Shown here piece by piece: positions 1 through 13,964 of a stretch of 64,000 bases of DNA. The stretch covers positions 3,100,001 through 3,164,000 of the forward strand of contig CM035351.1 in assembly GCA_020137815.1 (NCBI GenBank). The letters run 5' to 3'. The notes under the pieces are model-generated. The model saw only the letters and a list, made by a program, of their open reading frames with translations. It was not told the origin of the DNA and did not search any database. Each line of letters opens with the position of its first letter. Positions within the stretch are counted from its first letter, which is position 1. The DNA comes from Hormiphora californensis (Eukaryota; Animalia; Ctenophora). A program made the position numbers and the translations under genes.

Positions 1-93
1 TACTGGACAGTGAGGGACAGTGGCAGCGGAGATGAGTGAGTGAGTGAACTCCACCTGTGATCATGAGACAGTGGCAGTGGAGTGAACTCCACC

Positions 94-380
94 TGTGATC
101 ATGAGACAGTGGGTTGTTTTATAGAACTGTTCTCCGGTAGAATAACAGTATGTGTATTTGTAGGATGGTTTGTAGGGAAGTAGTCCTGAATCAGTGGATA
201 AAATGGGCACGTGTGCAAGCTGGGCATCATATCACATTTTCTATTCGTGCATTGCCCAAACTATTCTTGGATACCTTTTTGACTATACTGTGGTTGGTCC
301 CCTTTGTGCACACTGCATATTCTCAGCAGCACACCACTCAGTAGTTCAAAGTTGCGGGTAGGAAGTATTACTTCTGGAGC
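94..380 (-). CDS. Two probable internal exons of an unidentified gene running off the left edge
   Basis: Minus-strand open segments ...EVILPTRNFELLSGVLLRICSVHKGDQPQYSQK|G and GLLPYKPSYKYTYCYSTGEQFYKTTHCLMIT|G joined by phase-compatible GT/AG sites; no recognisable domain; boundaries approximate. Confidence 0.3.
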
Positions 381-957
381 TGGCGTGATTCAGCCCTCTC
401 CCTTATTAGGAGTTATCCGATACCCCCTTATTAGGAGACGTGTCTTCCGGTCACCTTTCTATTTTCTAAGTTCTCTCTCTCTCTGCAGTTCACTCACGCA
501 GTCTCTCTTTCTCTATAGTCTCCATCTCTCACTCTCTCTCTCTCTCTCTCTCTCTCTTGAGGGTAGGGGCGCCACGCGTGATATTTGTTTAGCCATATTA
601 GGCGAGAGATTCTGATACCCCATATTAGGGAAAGGGGAACCCCCTTTGTCCTTTCTCTCTCTCACGCTCTACTGTATCTCTGATCTTATTCAACAATATC
701 TCTGCAAGTCCTATTTTTCTGCAAATTTTGCAGGATTGCCTCGCCCTTTTTGTTAGAGCGCTTTATTTGTTGTAAGACGTATGAATCATTAATTTTTTTA
801 CACATTTTTGATTTTACACCCTCTTGTTTTCCTCACATTGACCCCAACACGGCTAATCTAGTATCCCCCTTGTTGTTGTAACCACTAACCCTCTCCCCTT
901 TTATAATAGTTCCATGGTGAATCGTCCCTTCTCAGTTACTACTCTTAATACCACATC

Positions 958-1112
958 ATGGCACCCCACAAGACTACCGATATCACCCTTCCAGCAGCCC
1001 GTGCCATCTCCGCAAAGGTGAAAATGGCAATCCGAAACTGCGACTGTGTCTGCTTTGATGTCGACAGGTACTGCTTGAATACTGAGTGTGACAAATGTTC
1101 TGAGAACATTGT

Positions 1113-1188
<76 letters not shown>

Positions 1189-2575
1189 TCTCTCTTTGTT
1201 CCCACTAAAATGTATAGATTATTTAACATATTTTCCCAGTACGATGTTGAAGGTAGAAGGTATTGACGAACTGGCGAGGAAAGCCAAGAAGGGAGACCAG
1301 GTCAGGGAACTAACAAGGAAAGCAATGGGAGGGAACATGTCGTTTAGAGAATCCCTCACAAAGCGACTCAATATCATTCAACCCACCCGGAAACTGGTAC
1401 GTGTTGTTGGGAAGGTGGTGTGTTGGGGAAACTAGTGCGTTATTATATTGGGATTTAGGTGGCATAGGGAGCTGTTTTAGTTTTTATACTCACAAGATTT
1501 AATTCCTGCAGGTGGAAGAGGTAGTGGACGATTCTAAAGATATCATTACTCCTGGATTCATGTAAGTTTAGCTTTCCTGGGGTCTACAAGTTGACGTCCG
1601 ACATCCTCCGTATCTTGGATAATGAATAAGAATCAAACAAATACTGAGAATATTTGCGTTTCTACGCTCTAACTAACCCCTCCTCTCCTCTAGAGATCTA
1701 GTGGCCCAGCTCCGAGCTAACGACTGCCAAGTTTTCCTTGTATCAGGGGGATTCACCCATCTTATAGAACCTGAGGCAGCCAAATGTGGAATTACCCCTG
1801 ATCATATCATTGCCAATCAACTTCTATTTGATGACAATGGTGCGTGTGTTATAATGATACGACGACGTAAAACACGGTTTTACTTACCATGATCATTGAT
1901 TAAATAACATTTTATCCCACATAACTTGAGTCGCCCTGTCTGGCGCCGCCGACACCATCTGAGCGCACTGAGAATCAAATTGGGTATGGCGCCGCCATAC
2001 AGGAGTCGCCTGACACTGTGTGTATGAACCATTCAACCAAAGTCCAAATAACACATTGTTAATAGGTGACTACCTCGGTTTTGATAAATCCTGCCCAACT
2101 TCTGAAAGTATGGGAAAAGCACGGGCTCTCTCCATGATCAAGGAACGCCATAACTTCACAAAGTGAGTAGCGGAAGACTCGGGCTGTGAAATTCTGCAGT
2201 GTTTCACACAGATACGATCCTTTTCTACCTGGCCACCCACCTCATAATAATCACCTCCAGCTCCCCTCCGCCCTTAAAAATAATCACCTCCCCTCCGCCC
2301 TTGAAAATAATCACCTCCCCTCCGCCCTTAAAAATAATCACCTCCCCTCCGCCCTTGAAAATAATCACCTCCCCCACCCGCCTCATAATAATCACCACCC
2401 ACACCCCCTCAGAATGATAATGATTGGAGACGGCATGACAGATGCTGAGGCTCGTCCCCCAGCTGACATTTTCATTGGGTTCGGAGGAAATGTGAAGCGG
2501 GATGCAGTGTGTGAGGTGAGTGATTGGTACATCACCTCCTTTTCCTCTATATTAGAGGTGCTAAAAGAAAACTAG
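958..2575 (+). CDS. PSPH: Phosphoserine phosphatase (HAD family), 6 exons: 958-1067, 1240-1396, 1512-1561, 1694-1839, 2066-2162, 2413-2575
   Basis: Spliced in frame with GT-AG introns; HAD motifs CFDVDST, VEGIDELA, AMGGNMSFRESL, VFLVSGGF, ESMGK, MIGDGMTD, FIGFGGNV. Confidence 0.93.
1936..2002. mobile_element. 67-bp CTGTC...ACAG hairpin MITE with 8-bp TSD GAGTCGCC (PSPH intron 4)
   Basis: TSD at 1928-1935 and 2003-2010; imperfect TIR; empty-site paralogue at 55450-55488 (reverse strand). Confidence 0.8.
2240..2400. repeat. 30-bp minisatellite (aataatcacctcccctccgccctt[a/g]aa) in PSPH intron 5
   Basis: About 5 tandem copies visible; explains the repetitive NNHLPSAL ORF. Confidence 0.85.
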
Positions 2576-5252
2576 CTGTGTGCGGCACAGTGAGATAGAG
2601 AGAGGTCCCCAGATCTGCAGTTAGGAGCTGTCTTGAAGGACTTATTGCGGAGAGGGACCTATGGAATACCGAACAGTTATGTTGTAAATATGAACACTAC
2701 TTGTTGAGAAACAAAAAACACTACAGTAACTACACAACACACTACAGTTTTTAATTTCACTCGTGAACTATCTGATGTTAAGTTACAATAATTGTGTCAA
2801 GTTGGATATATCTATTGACTTTAATTATATCTCCGAACTTTCTGACAGAAAAACTTCCTCGTTTTAATTCCTCTTGTGCAAAAACAGGTTTTACTGGTAT
2901 GGAATAAAATCCTATTTAATATCACGTTTCAGCTCTGTAATGCGGAATATTTTGCTGCAGAATTGCATTTTATCAACTCCCTCTCAATGTTTATCTTAGC
3001 CTACCTGTTTTACCCGTATTCGAGAATACTTCTTGTCACGTCTTTGGGGGCACGCCGCACCCCTCTGACCCACTGTTATGTTCTGTCCAAGTCATGTCTC
3101 TAGCACTGGGATAACCTAATTTAAAACCTCGCAAGCTTATTATGCCATGTGACTCTTATCTCTAGTAAATAGAGGCTACCTGCCATGCGACATAAAATGC
3201 ACCGGCCGAAATGAGGTGTTTCTTCATAATGAGAGATAACTTTTAGCGGGGCGTCTTCTCTCAGTTCTAAACAAACAAGTGTCTTCTATCAAAGTGTCAC
3301 CCCTGGCCGTGGATTGAGTAGCGAGAGTCAAGACTGTGGCCAATGTTTATCTTTTCCAATTTACGGTACTTACCACCAATACGAATAGCTATATTTAACT
3401 TGTAGCAGTCTTCCACAACCCACATTCAAAATGCAGTCACTTCACGGTATTGTTCTCAGTTCTGTCTGGATACTGCCAGGATACATTGCACACTAGTGGA
3501 TTACAATATTGTGTAAACCTTTACCCATCTAAATAGGCTACCAGCCGGTCCCCGGAAACCGTCTAGATACTGCACCCAGTCCCACCCTATATTTTCAGAT
3601 CAGACTACTACCACTACTACCACAAGTCACGCCAGCAACGGTGGTTCGACTTCTCCCAATTTAAACGTAACGCGCGGAACCACGCAGCATCCAATATGGG
3701 TTCTTCGCGCGAAGTTGGAGCCGCGCACAACAATACACAAAGCTGTACGTGATGGGTACGTGATCTATCCCAGGATAGTATCCAGGCCTTGGTTACGAAG
3801 TCACCCCTTTATTCCGTGAGCTAGCGCAGAGGGGGAATTTCATTACCAAGTAAAAAGGGGAAAAAGGGAAAAAAAGCCCAAACCCGGGGAAACGATGGAG
3901 GGGGGGCGGTTTGACAAACCCCCCCTTCTCCTCTACTATTCCTTCTTCTCTTCTCTCTCCTTCTCTCTCTCATGCTTGTTCTTATCGTGTGCATTGAATC
4001 TCCGCTCTTATCTTATCTTGAACGGTCATTTTACCTTATGGTGTGGTCTGATCTTGTAGTGGCCATAATATGACTAAGTGGAAATGCAACAGAATGTGAA
4101 GGGAGTAGGTTTTAGAATGGAGGAGCACGGTTACTCGGGGTTATAGTCAAAGTAATGGTTGTAATAAGTCTATGGACAAATTTTCCCTCTAAGTCAACCT
4201 TAAGTGGATAAAAATGATTTTGCGGGAACAAAGAAGTTTGTTTGGTTTAATTATACCGTTTAATGAACCGTATAAACCTTTAATTAGCGAAAATATACCA
4301 ACCTATTGCAAAGTTGTTTGGCATTACTAGTTGTGTCGGGTTTCTAATGCGTGTCTTCGCACAGATGATAGAACTGATCAGGGACTAAATTAGCGACAAA
4401 GCGGAGAGGGCAATTCTTCTAAAAATGGGAAGAGACATAACATTGGTCCGTTAGTTTACCAAGGTTTACGTATAGAAAGGATATGGTCTGTTATTTCACA
4501 AGGGCAGTTCATTTCCTGCGGTGACACAAGTTCCCCTATTGTGGAAAACCCTGGTGATTAACTTTGAATACTATTACGGAGTGAATTTAATCAGGTTGAT
4601 GTTAACCCTTGGACAACCATAGAAACAATGGAAACAACCTTCTATTTGGTAATGGGACCTATGATTTCGATGAATCCCTTCGCATGATTAATCAGCTCCC
4701 TTTTTCCAGTGTTATTTTTTAGAACGTGCTGGATGGCACGCCTGTTAAAAGGAATAGGAGAGACAGGAAGCCCTGGGAAGTCATTTGGACCAAAAAGTTG
4801 TGTTACATGGGGACACATTTAATAAGAGTTTCATAAAGTTAATATCTTTACATTTACATTATTAATATTTTCTTGTTATTCATGTGTCGTGTTGTTACAG
4901 TCGCGGGAAATCTAGAACGGGCCGATTAAGAGAAAGATGCCCAAGCACTTCAGAAAGATGTGGAATATGGACGAATGAAGGTAAACTTTCCTAATCTTTT
5001 TACTGACATCAGTAGTTTTTCTCCCGCTTTTTTCTAATCCCTATAAGGCATTGATTTGAGTTCAGTTTCGATCCTTTTCAGGCATTGGATTTCCAGCTGA
5101 GACGTTGCTTCGATCAGGGAAACGGTTACTGGAACAGGGAAAATGATTACGGTAATAGAAAATTTAGTAATACCAAATAGTTAAATAACCAATAATAGTC
5201 CAGAAATAATATTCCATTTTCAACAATTACTGTCCAACCTAATATAACCTAG

Positions 5253-6985
5253 GAAACTGTATGGAAATGCAGGAGAATGGTACCCATCGGTTTATCTCAA
5301 CCAATAGTGTCCCGGATTACCCCGTCGCACCGTACTGTCCCAATGGTATCGGAGAGATCTATTGCTCTGTTGTTGAAAGATTTTGCCCTATAGGAGGTGA
5401 GTCAAAATCAACATGTTACCAGTTGCTACAGTGATTTTGGTCTGGAAACAGAGTTTTTCTGAACCAGCTTTTCAAGACTAATTCAATTCCAACGCAAATG
5501 TCTGGTCAATTAAAAAAAACATTATCAAAATGATCATTTAATTACTATACAGAAATGACATGTGGACATCCAGATAATGGACCTGGCACAACAACATTTG
5601 GGGACGTCCCTTTCCCGACAAAACATCACTTTATAATTCCTTTAGAAGGTATGATAAAATAAAGAACACGTTATTCTACAATAAAAACCCGTTCATTTTG
5701 TACTGTCGGAAGGAGGAAACATCTTTAGTCCTTACTAAGTTATCAAGTTTAACATATGTTTTAGGAGATCCAACAAGACCCGACAGACCTGGGGACATGT
5801 ATGACGCTGTGTCCGTGGGAGCCGCTAAAACTTTTGGAGCTGCCTTGGGTGTAGTTAGAAATGGTGTCGCCATACATGTAATAAATTACATAGCTAGTAA
5901 CTAGAAATGGTGTCGTCATACATGTAATAAATTGCATAGCTAGTATGTAATAAGAAATGGTGTCGTCATACATGTAAACAATTGCATAGCTAGTAATTAG
6001 AAATGGTGTCGCCATACATGTAATAAATTGCATAGCTAGTAATGGTGCACCATTTCTAATTACACCATGGTGTCGCCATGGTGATGACGCAACTAAAAAA
6101 CATTTCAGGGGCCAAATGACGGTGGAGATATAACGGTTGATAAAGCTGGATTCCAGTTGCCCTGTGGGGGACACACCACCCCGCCATTCGCGAATAATTT
6201 CACAAACGAGAACCATAAGGGAGAGAGAAACCCACCTATGTATCACTATCACAAGGTAAATTCTCGGTATAAATGAAGTTGAACAACTAAATAATAATAC
6301 TAATGGAGATATACCCAATATAGGCGCCCGACTGCATTGAAGAGTTCAGGAAACAGGCATGGGGATTGGCTTTTGATGGTACCCCGAACAAGCATGCCTC
6401 TCTGATTGGATGGGCAATAGACGGCTTCGGGATCTATGGATATGAAGATGTGGATGGAAGTAACCCTGTACTGGACGAGTGTGGAGGACATTTTGGGACC
6501 ACCGACACAGGTACTGCAGGATATATCTGACACATTTGTTGTGTTCTAACCCTCGCGAAAGGCAGTCTAGCTTGGCAACTGACATATGACTGTCTGGCGA
6601 TGCCGCGCTCAGATCATGGGGTCCGCGGCGCCAGACAGACATATATGATGGATCAATATATAACCTGGGGCCGCAGGGTACCGGTGCGTCACGTCTTTTT
6701 ACCGTATCGGACACAGTGCTCCCACCTCAGGCAGCGATCCATTATGACATCCCTGCTTAGATTTAACTTTCTTCATTTATATTAGTTTTTTGATCTTTCG
6801 TGACGCCTATTAGTAACCTGGTAATATATTGATTATCAGGAGAAGTCGTGTATCACTACCACGCCACGACAGACGTTCCCTACTATACTGCTTGTCAGGG
6901 ACCAGCGTTGGGAAAGTGCAGTAAGACGCAGCAGGGCACTTCTTTTGTGGGTCAGGTTGTGGCTTCGAAGTTTGCATACAACCAG
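5253..6985 (+). CDS. YHYH-domain, Cys-rich protein, copy 1. Exons 5253-5396, 5553-5648, 5765-5877, 6109-6255, 6324-6510, 6840-6985; 5' exons (about 4.0-5.2 kb) and last exon unresolved
   Basis: Phase-compatible splicing gives STNSVPD...GAALGVVRNGVAIHGP...CGGHTTP...MYHYHK...HASLIGWAIDGFGIYG...LDECGGH...VYHYHATTDVPYYTAC, the typical YHYH-family motif order; 1-nt deletion in the last exon relative to copy 2. Confidence 0.8.
5857..6040. repeat. About 46-bp tandem repeat (4 copies) made from the end of the YHYH exon plus its donor site
   Basis: Unit agaaatggtgtcg[c/t]catacat|gtaa.aaatt.catagctagt; the first copy overlaps the exon end. Confidence 0.85.
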
Positions 6986-9900
6986 GTATTGATTTTATTG
7001 ATTTGTCTCGTGTAGAATCCAAAAGCTGGGAAAATTTTAGTTTAAATTGTGTTCTGAGAAGGTAGAAATCTTTGAAATAAACGTCTGGCGGCAAGACCCC
7101 AATTTGATTCTCAATTGGGGTCTGGTGTCACAGTAAAATTTTGAATGTGATCTGCGTGCAAAGCGCACACAGAATCTTAGCGACGAATCTACATTGTCGT
7201 CGCGCGTTCATAGAACAGGCCACTAAGACAGGAGAATGAGTGTGGAGGAGGAAATGGATGTGGGAAAAGAGAAACAGAGATCCTCAAAGTGCCTCTCTTG
7301 TTATCAATTTATACCCTTCAGAAAGAGAGAGAAGAGAGAGAGAACTATAGTGTGATGTAAAGAAACCATTGACTATGCCTCCCACGCCCCAGACGTGCCT
7401 CCCCCCCCATACACAGGTCCACCCCGTCCGCCTTATACACAATTGAAATTAAAAACTCATTTATTACCAAAAGTTACAAAAAATTTTACAATTACCAGGA
7501 AGATGGATAAGTTTTCAACACAACACACACACACACACACCCCACACAACCCATTTCGTCTCTCACCTCTCTTCCCTCCTGAGTACAGAAATTAAACGAA
7601 ACATTATCGAAACTTTTAGAAATTTCAAGTTCACTGTCAAAACCTTTCGCACGCATCTTCCACAGATCAAGATATAGAAATACATATGGGAATATGTCAT
7701 CTCGATCCGATATACCGGGCAAAACCCTTTCCCCAAAACATGTTTTGTGTTTCATTTGAATGGTTTTTGCTCGAGCTTTCTTCGACGAATTTGCTGATAA
7801 ATGTGCTTGCAATGAAGATTTGGCCAGCATATTTCGTCCGGCGCGTCAAAATGGGGCTGGGCTGTTTGTTTTATCTTTCCGTATTGTATCCGCTCGAAAA
7901 TGCCTGAACCAAGATACTGTTTGGGGATTAAGGGGAATTGGATTTTGGGAAGTAAAAAAAGGGGCTAGAAACAGGGAGGGCGGGGGGTTGGTCAGGGGTT
8001 GAAACGGGATGGGATGGGTTCAGGGGTTGAAACAGGGAGGGGTGGGGTGTTGGGGTTTTGAAACGGGAAGGTGATGGGGCGGGGGGGGTGACACTAACAC
8101 TTTGTAACATGTGAAAAAACTTTTTGCACGTTAAAGTTCAAATGTTACTAGTGTTACAAAGTGTTCAAAATATTAATGGTTCCAAAGTGTTACATGTGTT
8201 TCAAAATGTTACAAATTGTAACAAAATATTTACAAACAGGGGTAAGGTGGGGGGAATAACCTTAATAGTTGGTAAACAAATTAGTATGGCTTGAAAAATT
8301 TTTATTTAACAGCTGGGCATGCAGTTGATCACGTCTATTAATTGAAATCGGGTCCGCTGAATTTTGTAGGCCAGTAGTCAGTTGTCAATACTCAATGTTT
8401 GGGTGATCAATAAATGTTGTCTGTTGAAATTTTTTTAATTTCAATTTTAAAAGTCGATGGTCGATTCAGCACGAGAGAGCTCAATCATCCCAATTTAAAA
8501 ACCGGAAACCAAACACGGGGGGGAGGAATAGGGGGGGGGGGGGGGGAGGCCCCCCCCCCACTTTTGCCAAATTTCGCCCCCCATTTTTTCTCAAATTGCC
8601 CATTTTAGTGAATTTAAGTAAATCCAGATTTCGTAGGGCAACCCAAACCCAACCCTTTTCGCTCTTTTTTTTGTGTATTGGGCCCCCCCTTCATTCACAC
8701 AGAAACAAACCCTCAATTAGACGTATTGAGGCACGTTAATTGACACCGCCTGGAAAAAAATTTAAGACGTGCTTGAAAACGATAATCAACCTCCCAATTT
8801 TTTTTCTCAAAAACCCAAAAATTTTTTTGGGTCCGAATCACTCGCCCAAAGTGATGGACAGGTGGGGGATAAATCACTCCCCAAAAAAAAAAAATTTCCG
8901 TGCTCCCCCGCCCCCCCATTTGAAAAACATTCCTAAAACCCCTAGCAAACAAATTAAAAAAAAAGCCCTTTTCCCAAAAAATGGTTTAAACCACGCGAGA
9001 CCGTAGGATCAAAAAATTTTTTTTGGAAAAGGCTTGTTTTTAAATTTTTAGGTCCCTTCAGGTTTTTTAAAACTCGGAATATCGTCCAAATTTTCCCTCT
9101 ATTATTCAAATGTTGTGGAAAAACTAAAAAGGCGTCCCTAACCTAAAAAAGTATTCGAGAGGTCTCCACCCAGATCTAGGCTATCTTCTCTCCGTTCTCT
9201 CAGAAGGAAAAGGGACCTTGAGAACACCACAGTGGGCCATTGGGAAAATTTTAATTTTCTGCCAAGGGGGGTAGAGTACTGAGTTTTGATGAGTCAACCA
9301 AAAGATAAAATCCCTTAAATGTGCCTGAGGGGAGGGGGCTTATTTAGTGGAACTCCCGGGAGGGGTGATTATCTTGTCATGATTCTGTTATCAGTCGGGC
9401 CCCCATTTACCGGTGCTCGGGGGAAAGGGTTTTTCCCGGGAAAAAGGAACAAAAATGTTAATTTCCTATTTTGATGGGTATCTACCAGGGTCTGGGGTTA
9501 TAAGAAGGTAACGGGGTTTTTATGAGCGTAAGGGCATCTAAACCGAGGGGGAACTAAAAAGAGTGTAATTTGGGATCTAGCTGCCAGCAGGTCTGACAAG
9601 GCCCAAAGGACTTTAGAAAAAAAATAACGAAAACTTAATCCTTCATTGAGATGGGCGGGGACCCTTTTTGGGATAGAGTTTTTTTTCGGGTCACCCATAC
9701 CATTTATCAGTCTTTAACTTCAAAGAAGATAGATCATCTCTGATCCTAGGGGGGACGGGTATAACAGGGGAAAATGATCTTTCCCCGGAAAGAAAATTGG
9801 GGGGAGAGAGGGGGGAGAGAAAGGGGAGAGAGGAGAAGAAGAAGGAAGAGAGAAAGAGGAAAAAAGAGAGAGATAGAGAGAAGAAGAGAAGTCGGGGCAG

Positions 9901-11687
9901 AGGGAAGGAGAAAGGGAGAGAGAGAGAAGAGGAAAGAGGGGAAAAAAAAAAAAAAAAAGAGGAAGGGAGAAAAAAAAAAACCCCCCCCCCCACCTTTTTA
10001 AGAGCCATGAAGGGGAAGGGCCGGGCGAGGGAAGGGGAGAAAACCCCAAAATCAAAACCCCGCAATTAAAAACCTTTTTTTAAAACCCCCTTTTTTAAAA
10101 AAAACCAAAAAATTTTTCCAAAAAAAAAAAAGAAAGTGAGAAAACTCTCCCCCAAAAAGGGGGGGGGGCCTTCCCAAAAAAAGGCTGGGGAGAAAAAACC
10201 CCCAAAATTTTTAAAAAGGGAAAAGAAAAATTTAAAAAAAATAAAAATTTCGTTAAAAAAAAAAAGGGAAGGGGGGAAAAAAAAAAAAAGGGAAAAGGGA
10301 AAAAAACAAAAAAAGAAACCCAAAAGGGAAAGGGGGTTTATTAAGGGGGGGGGGAAAAACCCTTTTCCTTCTTCCCTAACCGGGGGAGAACAAATTCCTC
10401 GGTGAAAAAACAACACAAGTTTAAAAAAACCCCCCCCCTTTTTTTCTTTGGGTTTTTTTTTTTTCTTTAAACCCCCCTTTACTTTAAACCAAATGGGGGG
10501 AGGGGGGTTACAAAAAGTGAAACCCAATTTATTTTAAAAAGGGTGTAAGAAAAAAAACCCCAAAAAAATTGCCAATCCAAAAAAAAAGGGTTTTTACGAA
10601 AATTCAACCCCCCCCAAAAAAGGCCGGGTTAAATTTTAAAAAAGTTGCGGCCCCCTTTTTTGGGAAAAAAAAAACGGAAAAAAAGCGCTTTTTTTTTAAA
10701 AAAAGGGGTTTTTTGGGGGGGGGGGGGTTTCTTTTTTCCCCCCTTCCCCCCCTTCCCCCCCCTCCTCCGAGCGGTTTTTAAAAGGGGAAAGAGGCCCCGT
10801 GCGTAATGGGGGGGCCCCAAAAAAATTGCAAAATCATTTTTGTAATTTTTTCCAAAGGATTAAATCAGAAAAATAAATTTCCCGGGGGGAGCAAAAATTG
10901 GAACAAATTTTTTAAAGAAATGGGGAAAAAGGGAAAAAAAAACCCCCAAAATTATCCCAAATTAAAAAAAATGGACGCAGCTTTGTCAAAAACCCTTCAA
11001 AACCCCAGGGGTTTTTGTTTTTAATGCCCCCAAAAACCAAAAAAAGTTTTTCCAAAAATTTTTAAAAAAAAAAAAAAACCCAAAAGGCCCCGGGGTTTTT
11101 AAATTTTTTAAAATGGGGTTTTTAGAAAAAGGGCGGGTTGAAAATGCCCATTTTTTACATTTGCGCTGAAATAGAAGGAAATCCCCCATAAGTCCAGACC
11201 CCAAAACCCCACAGTCCTCTTCCCCCCGGTTCTAATTTCAATTTGTAAATTTAAAAGTATATACACTAAAAATTTATTTTCCCCCGGTCACAAAAAAGCT
11301 AGATTTTGAAAAAGGGGAAAAGGAAAAGGGTTGGCAAAAAAAACCCCCCCAAATTTCAACAGTAGCAGATTTAAACCCCTTTTGGGGGGTTCCTGGGAAA
11401 CCCGTGGGTTAGGGTACCGAAACCCTGGCCCCCCGACCGGGGGTCTATGAAAGGAATTTAAAACCTTTTTTTGGGGAAAGATTTGGGGTTTTTTTGGGGT
11501 TTTGGGGGGTTTTTTTTTCGTTTTTGGGGCCTTAAAAAAAGCAAAACCAAAGGTCTTAACCCCCGGTTCCTTTGCCAAATGTTTTGACTATCGCCAAAAA
11601 AGCCCCAATAACCCCTTCACGACAAAAACTTTAACGTTCCGGAGAGGAACTCTTTGTCCTTACTAAGTATCAATTTAACATAGTTTT

Positions 11688-12912
11688 GGAGATCCAACAA
11701 GACCCGACAGACCTGGGGACATGTATGACGCTGTGTCCGTGGGAGCCGCTAAAACTTTTGGAGCTGCCTTGGGTGTAGTTAGAAATGGTGTCGCCATACA
11801 TGTAATAAATTACATAGCTAGTAACTAGAAATGGTGTCGTCATACATGTAATAAATTGCATAGCTAGTATGTAATAAGAAAATGGTGTCGTCATACATGT
11901 AAACAATTGCATAGCTAGTAATTAGAAATGGTGTCGCCATACATGTAATAAATTGCATAGCTAGTAATGGTGCACCATTTCTAATTACACCATGGTGTCG
12001 CCATGGTGATGACGCAACTAAAAAAACATTTCAGGGGCCAAATGACGGTGGAGATATAACGGTTGATAAAGCTGGATTCCAGTTGCCCTGTGGGGGACAC
12101 ACCACCCCGCCATTCGCGAATAATTTCACAAACGAGAACCATAAGGGAGAGAGAAACCCACCTATGTATCACTATCACAAGGTAAATTCTCGGTATAAAT
12201 GAAGTTGAACAACTAAATAATAATACTAATGGAGATATACCCAATATAGGCGCCCGACTGCATTGAAGAGTTCAGGAAACAGGCATGGGGATTGGCTTTT
12301 GATGGTACCCCGAACAAGCATGCCTCTCTGATTGGATGGGCAATAGACGGCTTCGGGATCTATGGATATGAAGATGTGGATGGAAGTAACCCTGTACTGG
12401 ACGAGTGTGGAGGACATTTTGGGACCACCGACACAGGTACTGCAGGATATATCTGACACATTTGTTGTGTTCTAACCCTCGCGAAAGGCAGTCTAGCTTG
12501 GCAACTGACATATGACTGTCTGGCGATGCCGCGCTCAGATCATGGGGTCCGCGGCGCCAGACAGACATATATGATGGATCAATATATAACCTGGGGCCGC
12601 AGGGTACCGGTGCGTCACGTCTTTTTACCGTATCGGACACAGTGCTCCCACCTCAGGCAGCGATCCATTATGACATCCCTGCTTAGATTTAACTTTCTTC
12701 ATTTATATTAGTTTTTTGATCTTTCGTGACGCCTATTAGTAACCTGGTAATATATTGATTATCAGGAGAAGTCGTGTATCACTACCACGCCACGACAGAC
12801 GTTCCCTACTATACTGCTTGTCAGGGACCAGCGTTGGGAAAGTGCAGTAAGACGCAGCAGGGCACTTCTTTTTGTGGGTCAGGTTGTGGCTTCGAAGTTT
12901 GCATACAACCAG
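11688..12912 (+). CDS. YHYH-domain gene, copy 2 (3' four exons only)
   Basis: Near-identical to 5765-6985; exon 12766-12912 intact (VYHYHATTDVPYYTACQGPALGKCSKTQQGTSFCGSGCGFEVCIQP). Confidence 0.7.
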
Positions 12913-13260
12913 GTATTGATTTTATTGATTTGTCTCGTGTAGAATCCAAAAGCTGGGAAAATTTTAGTTTAAATTGTGTTCTGAGAAGGTAGAAATCTTT
13001 GAAATAAACTGTCTGGCGGCGCCAGACCCCAATTTGATTCTCAAATTGGGGTCTGGTGTCACAGTTTTGAAGTGCGTGAGCTGCGTGAGAACGCGCACAC
13101 AGAATCTTAGCGCACAGAATGCTACAATATGTCGTTCGCGCGTTACATAGAACAGGCCACTAGAGACAGGAAGATGAAGTGTGTGAGAGAGAGTGAGTGT
13201 GGGAGAGAGAGAAACTAGAGATCCTCTAGAGAGGCCTCTCTTGTTATCAATTTGATACCT

Positions 13261-13292
<32 letters not shown>

Positions 13293-13485
13293 AACTAGAG
13301 TGTGAGTGAAAGAAACCATTGACTATGACCTCCCACGCCCCAGACGTGCCTCCCCCCCCCATACACAGTTACCACCCCGTCCGCCTTTATACAACAATAT
13401 GAAATTAAAACAACTCAATTTATTACCAAAAAAGTTACCAAACAAATGTTTACCAATTACCAGGAAGATGGATAAAGTTTTCAAC

Positions 13486-13518
<33 letters not shown>

Positions 13519-13964
13519 CCCACTTTCGTCTCTCACTCTCTCCTTCCCTCCCTTGAGCTACAGGAAATTAATCGAAACATTTATCGAAACTAGTTTAGAA
13601 TATTTCAAGATGTATCACTGTCAAACACTTTCGCACGCATCTCTCCACAGATCAAGATATAGGAAACTAACAATATGGGAATATGTCATCTCGATCCGAT
13701 ATACCGGGCAAAACCCTTTCCCCAAAACAGTGTTTGTGTTGTTCATTTTGAATGGTTTTTGCTCGAGCTTTCTTCGATCGAATTTGCTGATAAATGCTGC
13801 AGTGAAGATTTGGTACAGCAATATTTTCGTCCGGCAGCGTCACAATGGGGCGTGGGCTGTTTGTTTCATCTTTCCGTATTGTACTTCTCAGCTCAGAAAA
13901 TGCCTGTAACCAAGATACTGTTAGGGGAGTTAAGGGCAATTGGATTGGGGAAGATAAAAACAGG

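Noticed and set aside
2820-3600. Possible Cys-rich minus-strand multi-exon gene (...ACPQRRDKKYSRIRVNSKTCFCTRG...)
   Set aside because: Some splice-compatible pieces, but frames break repeatedly and no family is recognisable; cannot support a model
7080-11640. Many K/F/G/P-rich ORFs
   Set aside because: They translate homopolymer noise in a degraded copy of 13-18 kb; not credible proteins
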